A DNA stretch of 29,835 nt from a virus (Duplodnaviria; Caudoviricetes). Position numbers and translations under genes: made by a program. Location of the stretch: positions 1 through 29,835 of IMG/VR virus record IMGVR_UViG_3300016667_000348, one strand, 5' to 3'. Position 1 is the first letter of the stretch. The number at the start of each line of letters is the position of its first letter. The notes beneath the pieces are model-generated. The model ran no database searches, was not told the origin of the DNA, and saw nothing but the letters and a program-made list of their open reading frames with translations. Positions 6,534 to 15,645 of the stretch are shown here, in pieces.

Positions 6534-7304
6534 ATGCCAGCTGGCGTAGATCCGCAAGACATTTACCAGAACGGGCAGTGGTATAGCCGGGGCGGGCTCC
6601 CGATCTCTCGTCAGACGCTGGCGCAGTCTGGCGTGCCGGTGGGGATTGGGTCGTCAGGCACGGTCGGCGCAAACGGCGCGGTGACGCTGACGACCGCGAT
6701 GGCCGTGACATATCCCAGCATCTGGCTGTATTTCCCCGCCGGGGCGTTGTTCGCCGCCAGCGTCGCGGGCTTTTACTACTGCACCATGTCGTCCACGACT
6801 GCCGCGCAGGCGTACAACATTCGGCTGACGTCTGGCAGCCCGTATATTCCGACCGCTGCTGCGTTGGTTGCTGGCGCCATTGTTGATGCGGGTCCGGGCG
6901 CTTACACGCAGACTACCTCAACCATTTTAGACGCCATCACTATTGCAATTCCTGGCGGCACAATGGGGCCAAACGGCGCTTTGGTGCTAACAAACGAGGC
7001 CACCGCCCCGACAAACGTAAACGCCAAGGCTGTTTGGCACTCGTTTGGCGGTTCGTCGCTGGGCAACGTCGTAATTATCAACGCCAGTCAGGTTGCAAGG
7101 TTAAAAAAATACCTGACAAACCGCGGCGCGCAGAACCAGCAATTCTTGAGCTCCTTGAATTCCGACGCGGTTACGGTCGGCGCGCCGTTATTGCTGACCG
7201 TGGACACCTCGGCCGCGCAAAGTATGGTCACGCGCGTCCAGCTGAACGTAGCGACCGACTATCTGGTTGTGGAAAGCCAGTTGCTTGAAGTGTTCCCGGC
7301 GTAA
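6534..7304 (+). CDS. hypothetical beta-rich, probably virion-associated protein
   Basis: Exactly fills the gap from the terL stop to the portal start. Ala/Thr/Gly/Ser-rich with few charged residues. Confidence 0.75.
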   Translation: MPAGVDPQDIYQNGQWYSRGGLPISRQTLAQSGVPVGIGSSGTVGANGAVTLTTAMAVTYPSIWLYFPAGALFAASVAGFYYCTMSSTTAAQAYNIRLTSGSPYIPTAAALVAGAIVDAGPGAYTQTTSTILDAITIAIPGGTMGPNGALVLTNEATAPTNVNAKAVWHSFGGSSLGNVVIINASQVARLKKYLTNRGAQNQQFLSSLNSDAVTVGAPLLLTVDTSAAQSMVTRVQLNVATDYLVVESQLLEVFPA

Positions 7305-9733
7305 TGGAACCCGTCGCCCTCGAAAAAGTAACCGACCTCGGGACGTCGCCGCAGGCGGTGGCTCGCCGCTGGAAACTCGAGCTCAAGCTGGCGGCCAAAC
7401 GCGAGGAATCCTGGCGCAAAAAGGCCCGCGACGTCTGCGCCGCCTATACGCCGGACAACCCGGTTGCAAACTCGTTCAACATCCTCTGGACGAACACCGA
7501 GACCCTGCGTCAGGCGGTCTACAATTCGCTCCCGCAGCCGCAAGTGCGCCGCCGCTACAACGACGAGGATATGGTCGGTCAGGCCGTTGCGCAGGTTCTG
7601 CAGCGCTCGCTGGAGTTCTGTCAGGAGGCCTATGATTTCGATGGCGTGATCAAAGGCGACGTTCTCGCCATGTTGCTCCCGGGCCGCGCTGTTTCGCGCG
7701 TCCGCTATGTGCCCAGCCTGCGCCAGATGCCCGCAGAACAGCCGGAGTCCGAAAGCGAGGACTACGAGGCCGAAGACGAGGACGAAGGCGAGGACGAGGG
7801 CGAGGACAGCGCAGAGGCCACGGTTGAGGATGGCGAGGAAGTCGACTGGGAGCAGGTCATCGTTGAGCGGGTGCAGTGGGATGATTTTCGCTGTTCCGAT
7901 GGCCGGGTTTGGGACGATGTGTGCTGGGTCGCATTTCGCCACAACCTGAGCCGCGACGAGCTGGAGGACAAATTCGGCGACATTGGCATGCGCGTGCCGT
8001 TGAACTCGGTGGCTGACGATGACGTCAAGGCCTATGAGATGGAATCGCTGTTCCGCACCGCTGAGGTTTGGGAAATCTGGGACCGCGACGAACGGCAGGT
8101 CATTTGGATTGCCCAAGGCTATCCGGTCCCGCTGAAGGTTCAGGCCGATCCGCTTGGGCTGCAGGGTTTCTACCCATGCCCGCGTCCGCTCTACGCCATC
8201 GAGCAGCACGACTCGCTCGTGCCTGCAACGCTGTTTTCGCAGTACGAGCAGCAGGCTCGTGAACTGAACCGCATCAGCCGGCGCATCAATAGCCTGGTCG
8301 AGGCGCTGCGCGTTCGCGGCATCTACGACGCGACTTTGACCGAACTCGGCGAACTGATGAAGGCGGGCGACAACGAACTTGTCCCTGCGGCGAACGTGAC
8401 CGCTTTGCTCGAGCGTGGCGGTCTCGACAAGGCCATCTGGATGATGCCGATGCAGGTGGCGGCTGGCGTGCTCCAGCAGTTGTATGCGCAGCGTGAGCAG
8501 TGCAAGGCGGTGATTTACGAGATCACGGGCATTGCGGACATCATGCGTTCGGCTACCAACCCGGCCGAAACATTCGGTGCGCAGCGGCTCAAGACGCAAT
8601 GGGGAACCCAGCGTCTGCAGCGGCTGCAACGCGAAACGCAGCGGTACATCCGGGACATTCTGCGCCTGAAGGCGGAAATCATCGCGGAAAAGTTTCAGCC
8701 GGAAACGCTGAAGGAAATGACGCTGGTCGATTTGCCGACAGACGCCGATGTTCAACGCGAGCTGGCGCAGCAGATGCAGCAGTACCAGATGGCTGCCATG
8801 CAGGCTGCGCAGCAGGGCCAGCCGCCGCCCCCGCCGCCGCAGCCGCCGCAGGTTGTGACGTGGGAGCTCGCGATTGAGACGATGCGCAACGATGCCGCAC
8901 GCACCTACCGCATCGATATCGAGACCGACAGCACGCTAGGCGCCTCGCAGGATGAGGACGTCGCCGGCATTGCGCAGCTGATGGGCGGTGTGTCGCAGTT
9001 GATTCAAGGTCTGGGCCCAGCGGTTGCGTCGGGCGCGATGCCGATTGAAGCGGTTAAAGAAATTGTCATGGCGGCGGTTCGGCGCGCTCGCATGGGCAGT
9101 GCCGTTGAAATGGCGCTGTCGAAAATGCAGCCCCCGGCGCCTCCGCAGGACAACGCCGCGCAGGCAGAGCAGCAGAAACTGCAGATGCAGGCCGAGCAGC
9201 ATGCAGCCGAGCTGCAGCAACAGGCGCAGCTAGAGCAGATGAAGGCGCAGTTATCGATTGAGGCCGAGCGAGCCAAACAGCAGGCGCAGGCCGAGCAGGC
9301 TGCGCAGGAAAACGAGCTGCAGGCCGCGCGCGAACTGCAAAAACAGCAGCTGCAGGCCGAACTGGACCAGCGCAAGGCCGAACTCGACGCGCTGGCTACT
9401 CAGCAACGCATGGAGTTTGAGCGATGGAAATCGGAGCTGGAGGCGTCTACGCGCATCGTTATTGCCGAGATTGGCGCGGGCTCGCGCGGCGATGGGACGA
9501 CGGAGCCGATGCGTCCGACGACCAGTTATCTGGGCTCGATGGTCGGCGACGCCGTGAAGGCTGCCAATGCCGAGGTTGTCGGTGCGCTGGGCCAGCAGAT
9601 GGCGCTGCAGGCGCAGCAGAACGCCGCCAGCGTCGCCGCGATGATTGACGGCCTGAGCAGGCTTGTCGAAGGAATGAACCGCCCGAAACGTATTGTGCGC
9701 GGCCCTGACGGGCGAGCGCTCGGAGTTGAGTAA
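7304..9733 (+). CDS. portal protein (P22-like, long Gln-rich C-terminal extension)
   Basis: Position after terminase and large size. Motifs FNILW.N.ETL, GFYPCPRPL, IYEITGIADIMR and YRIDIETDST. Coiled-coil tail. Confidence 0.9.
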   Translation: MEPVALEKVTDLGTSPQAVARRWKLELKLAAKREESWRKKARDVCAAYTPDNPVANSFNILWTNTETLRQAVYNSLPQPQVRRRYNDEDMVGQAVAQVLQRSLEFCQEAYDFDGVIKGDVLAMLLPGRAVSRVRYVPSLRQMPAEQPESESEDYEAEDEDEGEDEGEDSAEATVEDGEEVDWEQVIVERVQWDDFRCSDGRVWDDVCWVAFRHNLSRDELEDKFGDIGMRVPLNSVADDDVKAYEMESLFRTAEVWEIWDRDERQVIWIAQGYPVPLKVQADPLGLQGFYPCPRPLYAIEQHDSLVPATLFSQYEQQARELNRISRRINSLVEALRVRGIYDATLTELGELMKAGDNELVPAANVTALLERGGLDKAIWMMPMQVAAGVLQQLYAQREQCKAVIYEITGIADIMRSATNPAETFGAQRLKTQWGTQRLQRLQRETQRYIRDILRLKAEIIAEKFQPETLKEMTLVDLPTDADVQRELAQQMQQYQMAAMQAAQQGQPPPPPPQPPQVVTWELAIETMRNDAARTYRIDIETDSTLGASQDEDVAGIAQLMGGVSQLIQGLGPAVASGAMPIEAVKEIVMAAVRRARMGSAVEMALSKMQPPAPPQDNAAQAEQQKLQMQAEQHAAELQQQAQLEQMKAQLSIEAERAKQQAQAEQAAQENELQAARELQKQQLQAELDQRKAELDALATQQRMEFERWKSELEASTRIVIAEIGAGSRGDGTTEPMRPTTSYLGSMVGDAVKAANAEVVGALGQQMALQAQQNAASVAAMIDGLSRLVEGMNRPKRIVRGPDGRALGVE

Positions 9734-10275
9734 TGGCGGATAACGTAGGGTATACGCCAGGGTCAGGCGCAATCGTCGCGGCTGACGATATTGGCGGGGT
9801 GCTGCACCAACGCGTCAAGCTAGCGCTCGGCGCAGACGGCACCAACGACGGCGACCTGTCGGCCACCAACCCGATGCCTGTAACGGGCAGCGTTGCGGTG
9901 ACGACCGCAGCGCCGCTTGAGGTCACTGCCAGCACGCCGCTTGATGTCGATGTCACTAACGTGGTCGAGGCGACGATTCCAAATGGCGAATTGATCGAGG
10001 CCCTCGAGGCCATGCGCATGGCGGTGCATTCGCTAACGCGCTCCATTGGCCAGACGATGCCCGACGTAGCCGGCAGAATGCGCGTCGCGCTCGACGCCAT
10101 TTCCGCCTCCTTAACGCTGGCCACAGTAACGACGGTTGGCACGGTAACGACCGTTACAACGTGCTCGACTCTGACCAACCAGACGCAGCTGGGCGGCAAT
10201 CCGGCATTTGAACAAATCCCGGCGCTGATGCGCCTCGGCGCGGACAGTCTGCGCCGAAACATAGTGGTGAGCTGA
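9733..10275 (+). CDS. hypothetical structural protein (Val/Thr-rich)
   Basis: Stop/start overlaps on both sides. Contains TVTTVGTVTTVTT repeats. Confidence 0.8.
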   Translation: MADNVGYTPGSGAIVAADDIGGVLHQRVKLALGADGTNDGDLSATNPMPVTGSVAVTTAAPLEVTASTPLDVDVTNVVEATIPNGELIEALEAMRMAVHSLTRSIGQTMPDVAGRMRVALDAISASLTLATVTTVGTVTTVTTCSTLTNQTQLGGNPAFEQIPALMRLGADSLRRNIVVS

Positions 10276-11717
10276 TGGCAACGACAAACGGCAATCGCGC
10301 GATTCTGGACCTCAAGCGTTGGGAGTTCTGTTCGCCAGCTCCGATCGCGACCGCCGCAGGCTCTTTTATCGCCAGCAGCCGACACTATCGCCAGCGCCAG
10401 TTGTACGTCGCCAACGCCACCACCCATTACATTTACGACCCAGCCGAGGACGGATGGGCACAAATTCCGTCTGGCGCTCTGGCCGGCACGTTTGCGGCAG
10501 GCGCGTGTGGCACAGCGATCGCAATCGGCCCGTCCGGCACAGCAACGGCAGGGACGACCAGCACAATCACCACCAACCTGACGCTGGCGCAGGATTTGCG
10601 CGGGTATTCGATCCACATCACCGGCGGTCCAAACGCTGGCCTGACGACGCTAATCCTGTCCAACACGACGGGCACCAATTCGGTGATTACCGTTGCGACG
10701 CAGGCGTCCGCGTTTACGGCAGCCACGACCTACCGCCTGCTCACGCCGCGTTGGTACATCCTTAACGCCATAACAGCAGCCGGCACGACGACGGCTAACG
10801 TCTTCAAGTACTACGATTTGGCCACCAACACATGGTCGGCTGCGGAGACCGGCGCAACGGACGGCATTGCCCCGGCGGCTGTTATTGGGACGGATAGCAA
10901 ATTGATTGCGACGCCGTCGTGGCAGGGTTCCGACTACAAGTCATTCGCAACCGGCACCGCGACCGCTGGCGGCGCTTCCACGCTGACCAATTCCGCGAAA
11001 ACGTGGACCGTTAACCAGTGGACAAATTATCAGGTCCGCATTGTCAGCGGCACTGGCGCGGGCCAGATTCGCACCATTGCGTCCAACACGGCAACCGTGC
11101 TCACAACCTCCGCTGCGTGGACGACAAACCCGGACGCCACCTCGGTCTACAGCATCGAGGGTAATGACGATTTCATTTATTACATGGGCAGCAACGCTGT
11201 AACGCTGTACCGCTACAGCATTTCAGCCGGCACATGGACGACGCTGAGCCCTGCCGTTGCGCGCGCTGCTGCGCCCGGCGCCGGCATGTCTGGTCATTGG
11301 ATTTGGGAAACGACCGACGCCGCATGGAACAACGAATCGGCCATTTTGTCGGGACGTTACATCTATTCGTTTCGCGGCGCTGCCGGCGCGGTTCTCGACC
11401 GTTACGACATTGCAGGCAACACATGGACCAACGCGCTTACTTATGCGCCTGCGACCGAGACTTTCACGACCGGCACCAAGTGGACATACCGTGAGGACGC
11501 CCTTTACGCGCAAAAAGACGCGACCGGACGATGGATTAAATACAACATCGTTACCGGCGAGCAGGGCGGTTGGTCTGTGATGACCTACACGCAGGGCGCG
11601 GCCATTGCTGGCGACACGTCGTTTGACGTGCACTACGCGGACGGAGCCACCGAGATTGACTACGTTTACATGGTCCTGAACACCAGCACCGTCATGCTGC
11701 GCTGTATGGTGATTTGA
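10275..11717 (+). CDS. Kelch-like beta-propeller protein with two inserted Thr/Gly-rich domains; probable virion appendage
   Basis: Repeated blade ends (YIYDPAEDGW, KYYDLATNTW, YRYSISAGTW, DRYDIAGNTW, KYNIVTG). Duplicated 'GTATAG...I..G..AG..I.SNT' module. Confidence 0.75.
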   Translation: MATTNGNRAILDLKRWEFCSPAPIATAAGSFIASSRHYRQRQLYVANATTHYIYDPAEDGWAQIPSGALAGTFAAGACGTAIAIGPSGTATAGTTSTITTNLTLAQDLRGYSIHITGGPNAGLTTLILSNTTGTNSVITVATQASAFTAATTYRLLTPRWYILNAITAAGTTTANVFKYYDLATNTWSAAETGATDGIAPAAVIGTDSKLIATPSWQGSDYKSFATGTATAGGASTLTNSAKTWTVNQWTNYQVRIVSGTGAGQIRTIASNTATVLTTSAAWTTNPDATSVYSIEGNDDFIYYMGSNAVTLYRYSISAGTWTTLSPAVARAAAPGAGMSGHWIWETTDAAWNNESAILSGRYIYSFRGAAGAVLDRYDIAGNTWTNALTYAPATETFTTGTKWTYREDALYAQKDATGRWIKYNIVTGEQGGWSVMTYTQGAAIAGDTSFDVHYADGATEIDYVYMVLNTSTVMLRCMVI

Positions 11718-11881
11718 TGAACGCCACCGATTTGATCGAGCAGGCGCAGCGGTGGCTGGCGCGGCAAACCCAGCTGAGAGCCGAGGCTGAGCGATTGGGC
11801 GATGCTCAGTCTATTGCTGCGATCGATACCGAAATTGCGGAGACCGAGTCCACGATTGCGCAGCTGCAAACGCTGGAATAA
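11717..11881 (+). CDS. 54-aa coiled-coil protein (not in the ORF track)
   Basis: TGATG overlap. MNATDLIEQAQRWLARQTQLRAEAERLGDAQSIAAIDTEIAETESTIAQLQTLE. Confidence 0.75.
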   Translation: MNATDLIEQAQRWLARQTQLRAEAERLGDAQSIAAIDTEIAETESTIAQLQTLE

Positions 11882-11884
11882 CCC

Positions 11885-12217
11885 ATGCTGTTGACGCTGC
11901 TCCAGAGCGTAACGACTCCGGTGCCGCCGGTCGTTGTCCCGACCAAAGTCGGTGGTGACGATGTTCCGCGAATCGAAATATGGGAAACCAGACAGGCCAG
12001 GCGTAAGGCGCGCGAGGTTCGGCGCTCGATTGAGGTTCTGCGCGAGGAGTTGCCGCAGGACGTTGAGGTTGAGGCGCTTCCGCCGATTCCGATTCGGGTC
12101 GATAGCCCGGACTGGTCGGCCTACCTGCGCCAGCTGAGCGACATCGAGCAGCAGCTGCGCATCGTGCGCGAGCGACTGGCGGAACAGGACGACGAAGAGG
12201 TTTTGTTGCTGTTATGA
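11885..12217 (+). CDS. hypothetical protein with an acidic 'DDEEVLLLL' C-terminus
   Basis: Tight packing with both neighbours and an ATGA overlap downstream. Confidence 0.75.
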   Translation: MLLTLLQSVTTPVPPVVVPTKVGGDDVPRIEIWETRQARRKAREVRRSIEVLREELPQDVEVEALPPIPIRVDSPDWSAYLRQLSDIEQQLRIVRERLAEQDDEEVLLLL

Positions 12218-12552
12218 GAACGCGATACATCCAGCACCCCGAGACTGGCGAACTCATCCTCGCCGAGGATTACCGCCCGCCGCACCGCCCGACGCATTAC
12301 GTCATGCCCGACCTGCCCGATTACGAGAGCCCAATTGATGGCCGAGTAGTGCATGGCCGTGCCGGCCGCCGCGAGGATCTACGTCGCAGCGGCTGTCGGC
12401 CGTACGAGGGGCGCGAGGTCGAGGCGAGAGAGGCGGCTCGGGTTCGCAGGAACCACGAGCAGGCGCAAGACCGCGCGATTGAGCGCACCGCCCAATCTGT
12501 TTGGGCAAACATGTCCCCGGAAAAACGGCGCGCCGCGTTGCGCGCGATGTGA
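12214..12552 (+). CDS. conserved-looking small head-module protein
   Basis: MPDLPDYESPIDG.V..GR..RREDLRRSGC motif. Typical position between portal and scaffold in such podoviruses. Confidence 0.8.
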   Translation: MRTRYIQHPETGELILAEDYRPPHRPTHYVMPDLPDYESPIDGRVVHGRAGRREDLRRSGCRPYEGREVEAREAARVRRNHEQAQDRAIERTAQSVWANMSPEKRRAALRAM

Positions 12553-12559
12553 GGTAACC

Positions 12560-12778
12560 ATGGCATTTACTGAAGCGCAGTTGATCGCGCAGGCGGACCC
12601 TGGCGGGACCGCCCGCACGGTAGTGTTCGACAGTTTCATCCCGGTTGGCACCACGCTGACCGATGTTTATGCAGTCGGCGTCGTTGCGCCGTATGCAGGC
12701 CGCAGTCGCTGGGTACAGCTGTCGCAGACGCGGACTCCGGCGCAGGCATGGAGCGATGTTCAGGCCGCGTTGGCCTAA
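12560..12778 (+). CDS. hypothetical protein (72 aa, MAFTEAQLIAQ...)
   Basis: GAGGT RBS before ATG 12560. The longer ORF start at 12353 overlaps the preceding gene. Confidence 0.75.
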   Translation: MAFTEAQLIAQADPGGTARTVVFDSFIPVGTTLTDVYAVGVVAPYAGRSRWVQLSQTRTPAQAWSDVQAALA

Positions 12779-12787
12779 GGAGATTTC

Positions 12788-13801
12788 ATGCTCGGGAACG
12801 AAGGCGCAACCGCCGAAGTTGAGAACGCATCCGAGGCCGAAGCGCCCCGGACAATGGAAGACACGATTCGCGAAACACTCGCAAGCATCCGCGATCGCGG
12901 AGATGGCGAGGAGCCAGAGGTCGAGTCCGATACCGAAAGCGCTGATGACGGCGCCGAGATTGATGACGGCGAGACCGAGGAGGCGGATGACGCTGGCGAG
13001 CCAGAAACCGAAGACGCCCCGCAGGAACGCCGCGCACCGAACACGTGGCGGAAGGAGGTCGCTGCCAAATGGGCAACGCTTCCGCCAGACGTGCAGGCCG
13101 AGGTAGAACGGCGCGAGGCTGATTTTCACAGGGGCATCGAAAAATATAAGTCGGCCGCAGCGTTTCAGGACGAGGTGCAAAAAGCCGTCGCCCCGTATGT
13201 GCCGACGTTTCGCTCTCTGGGTATTTCCCCGGCGCAGGCGATTCAAGGCCTGATGAGCACCGATTCCGTTTTGCGCCATGGCACGCCGCACGAGAAACTC
13301 GCTACGTTTCAATCGCTGGCGCAGCAATATGGGATCGACCTCGGCGAGGCGCAGAATTTTCAGGGCGCAGATCCGCAAGTTTCTGCGCTCCAGCAACAGA
13401 TTCAGCAGCTGCAGAGTTATCTGCAGCAGCAGGAGACTAGGGGTCAGCAGGCTGAGCAGGCGGCGGTAAACACCGAGATCGCCAGGTTCGCCTCTAACCC
13501 GAAAAATAGGCACTTTGAGCAGGTTCGAGAGCATATGGCAGCGCTTCTACAAGCGGGCCTTGCCACCGATCTGCAGGATGCCTATTCGCAGGCTGTCTAT
13601 GCCAACCCACAAACGCGGGCCGCTGTTCAACAGCAGCGAGCCAAGGCGTCGAAGGGCAGCGCGGCTCAGGCGGCCAAGGCGGCAAAACAGGCGGCGAGCG
13701 TTAATGTGCGCAGTCGGCCTGCAATGGCGCCTGAGATGGCCGCCGGCCAAACCATTGACGACACAATCCGCGCAACCCTGAGACGACTCAGGGGCGCATA
13801 A
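12788..13801 (+). CDS. capsid scaffolding protein
   Basis: Very acidic N-terminus, 'APNTW.KE..AKWA.LP..VQ.EV.RRE' motif, helical Gln/Ala-rich body. Directly upstream of the capsid gene, AGGAG RBS. Confidence 0.85.
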   Translation: MLGNEGATAEVENASEAEAPRTMEDTIRETLASIRDRGDGEEPEVESDTESADDGAEIDDGETEEADDAGEPETEDAPQERRAPNTWRKEVAAKWATLPPDVQAEVERREADFHRGIEKYKSAAAFQDEVQKAVAPYVPTFRSLGISPAQAIQGLMSTDSVLRHGTPHEKLATFQSLAQQYGIDLGEAQNFQGADPQVSALQQQIQQLQSYLQQQETRGQQAEQAAVNTEIARFASNPKNRHFEQVREHMAALLQAGLATDLQDAYSQAVYANPQTRAAVQQQRAKASKGSAAQAAKAAKQAASVNVRSRPAMAPEMAAGQTIDDTIRATLRRLRGA

Positions 13802-13819
13802 CCAATTTAGGAGTTCACC

Positions 13820-14815
13820 ATGGCATCACCCGGACAGGGCTACGCTGCTGGTGCGTTCAACGTGTTCAGCGAACTGGTCGCCACGACCTACCGCCTGCAT
13901 GCGAAAGACGTTGCCGACAACGTGTCCAAACACAACGCGCTTTTCCGTCGCTTGACCGAGGCCGGCAAAATCCGCCTCGAGGATGGCGGTCTCTCCATCG
14001 TGCAGCCGCTCGAGTATGCGGCCAACAGCACCTACACCCGTTACAGCGGTTTCGACGTTCTGGCGATTAACGCCGTGGACGTGCTCAGCGCCGCCGAATA
14101 TCCGTGGCGTCAGGTTGCCGTAAACGTCGCGATTTCCGGCTTGGAAATGCGCACGAACAGCGGCGAAGCGCGAATCATTAACTTCGTGAAAGCGAAGATC
14201 AAGAACGCGCAGAACTCGCTGGCCAATGGCCTGTCGGTCGACCTGTACAGCGATGGTACTGCTGCCAACCAGATGAACGGCCTGCAGGCACTGATTGCCG
14301 ATGCTGGCACCGGCACTGTCGGTGGCATCAATAGCAGCACCTACAGCTTCTGGCAGAACGTGGTGCAGTCTGCGGCGACTCCGCTGCAGGGCGGCTCTGC
14401 GATTACTCCGAGCGCGAGCACGATTGAGTCGCTGATGCTTCCCCTGTGGATTCGCACGACCCGTGGCAACGACACGCCGGACCTGATCGTCATGTCCGAC
14501 GATTACTTCACGTTCTTCGAGCAGAGTCAGACCAGCCTCAAGCGGTACACCGCTGACGAGGACGGCCGTGGCGGTATGCTGAGCATGAAGTACAAGACGG
14601 CTGACGTCTTTTTCGACAGCTCGGGCGGTATTCCCGCGGCGCACGCCTACTTCATCAACACCGACTATCTGGATCTCGTTGTCCATCAGGACGCGAACAT
14701 GGCGATGCTTCCGGAGGTCGAATCTATCAATCAGGACGCGATGGTTCGGACGATTATTTTCCAGGGCAACCTTGCCTTGTCGAATCGTTCGCTCCAGGGC
14801 GTGATGAAGGCCTAA
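13820..14815 (+). CDS. major capsid protein (HK97 fold)
   Basis: 331 aa following the scaffold gene, strong AGGAG RBS. Motifs ADNVSKHNAL, GG..IVQPLEYA.N, LYSDGT...GL, GTVGGIN and SNRSLQGV. Confidence 0.9.
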   Translation: MASPGQGYAAGAFNVFSELVATTYRLHAKDVADNVSKHNALFRRLTEAGKIRLEDGGLSIVQPLEYAANSTYTRYSGFDVLAINAVDVLSAAEYPWRQVAVNVAISGLEMRTNSGEARIINFVKAKIKNAQNSLANGLSVDLYSDGTAANQMNGLQALIADAGTGTVGGINSSTYSFWQNVVQSAATPLQGGSAITPSASTIESLMLPLWIRTTRGNDTPDLIVMSDDYFTFFEQSQTSLKRYTADEDGRGGMLSMKYKTADVFFDSSGGIPAAHAYFINTDYLDLVVHQDANMAMLPEVESINQDAMVRTIIFQGNLALSNRSLQGVMKA

Positions 14816-14827
14816 GGAGCAAACATC

Positions 14828-15568
14828 ATGACTACCGCTGCATCCATGTTTTCCGTTGCCGGCTTTCAGGCCGTAGGCAACTGGAACACTCCCGACACCG
14901 TCCAGCGCCACCCGCTGGGCACCGTGATCAACGTGGTGGATCCGTACTGGGGCGGGCAGGAACTGATTTATTTGCAGTTCTCGTTCACCACCGGCACGCC
15001 GCTTCGCACTGGCGCGGTTCTCGCGTTCGATACCGCTACGTCGTTTGTCGCGACGCTGGTGGCGAACACCGCGAACCTCGGCAAATCGCTGGCCTTCAAC
15101 CTGAACGCCATTCCGTCTGCAAACGCGACCGGCACCTACTATCTGTGGGCTGTCGTCAGCGGTTCTTGCCCGGTTTGGAGTTCTGCCTCCGTGGCTGCTG
15201 ATACCGGCATTGGTATCGTTGCTGCCGGTCAGGCGGGCGCTCAGGCTGCTGGCAAGCAGATCTTGAACTGCCGCAATACCAAGGCCGCGACGGCCACGGT
15301 TGCGAAGGCGAACACCGTTACTCAGAACGGCTCTCCCGTGCTGAAGGTTTCCAATACCGACGGTTGGTTCGTTGGCGGTTCCGTTTCTGGAACCGGCATC
15401 ACTACCTCGCTGATCACCGCCATCGACCCGGATAACCGGACGGTGACGCTGGCCAGCAATTCGACCGCCACCGGCTCGGTGACGGCCACCCAGACGAACA
15501 ACGACGCGACGAATTTCTACAATACCGTCACCTGCGATCGTCCGTTTGCTCAGGGCGCCATCACCTAA
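14828..15568 (+). CDS. capsid decoration/auxiliary protein
   Basis: Co-transcribed after the capsid gene, before a strong terminator. 'HPLGT.....DPYWGG.ELIYL' N-terminus, Ala/Thr/Gly-rich. Confidence 0.75.
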   Translation: MTTAASMFSVAGFQAVGNWNTPDTVQRHPLGTVINVVDPYWGGQELIYLQFSFTTGTPLRTGAVLAFDTATSFVATLVANTANLGKSLAFNLNAIPSANATGTYYLWAVVSGSCPVWSSASVAADTGIGIVAAGQAGAQAAGKQILNCRNTKAATATVAKANTVTQNGSPVLKVSNTDGWFVGGSVSGTGITTSLITAIDPDNRTVTLASNSTATGSVTATQTNNDATNFYNTVTCDRPFAQGAIT

Positions 15569-15586
15569 AACCGCCGCGTGGTGGTT

Positions 15587-15617
15587 GCAGCGGGGGCTTC
15601 GGCCCCCGTTGTTTTTT
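15587..15617 (+). terminator. intrinsic terminator after the capsid genes
   Basis: CGGGGGC-TTCG-GCCCCCG stem with a cUUCGg tetraloop, followed by a T-tract. Confidence 0.9.
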
Positions 15618-15645
15618 CAATCCAAAGCGCAACCGCAGAGGGATT

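Noticed and set aside
7755-7810. Short tandem GAGGACGA(A/G)GGC repeats
   Set aside because: They encode the acidic portal loop. There is no repeat-spacer structure, so this is not a CRISPR or iteron array.
7259-8755. 498-aa minus-strand ORF
   Set aside because: Antisense shadow of the portal gene. It has no recognisable motifs, and long opposite-strand frames are expected in GC-rich coding DNA.
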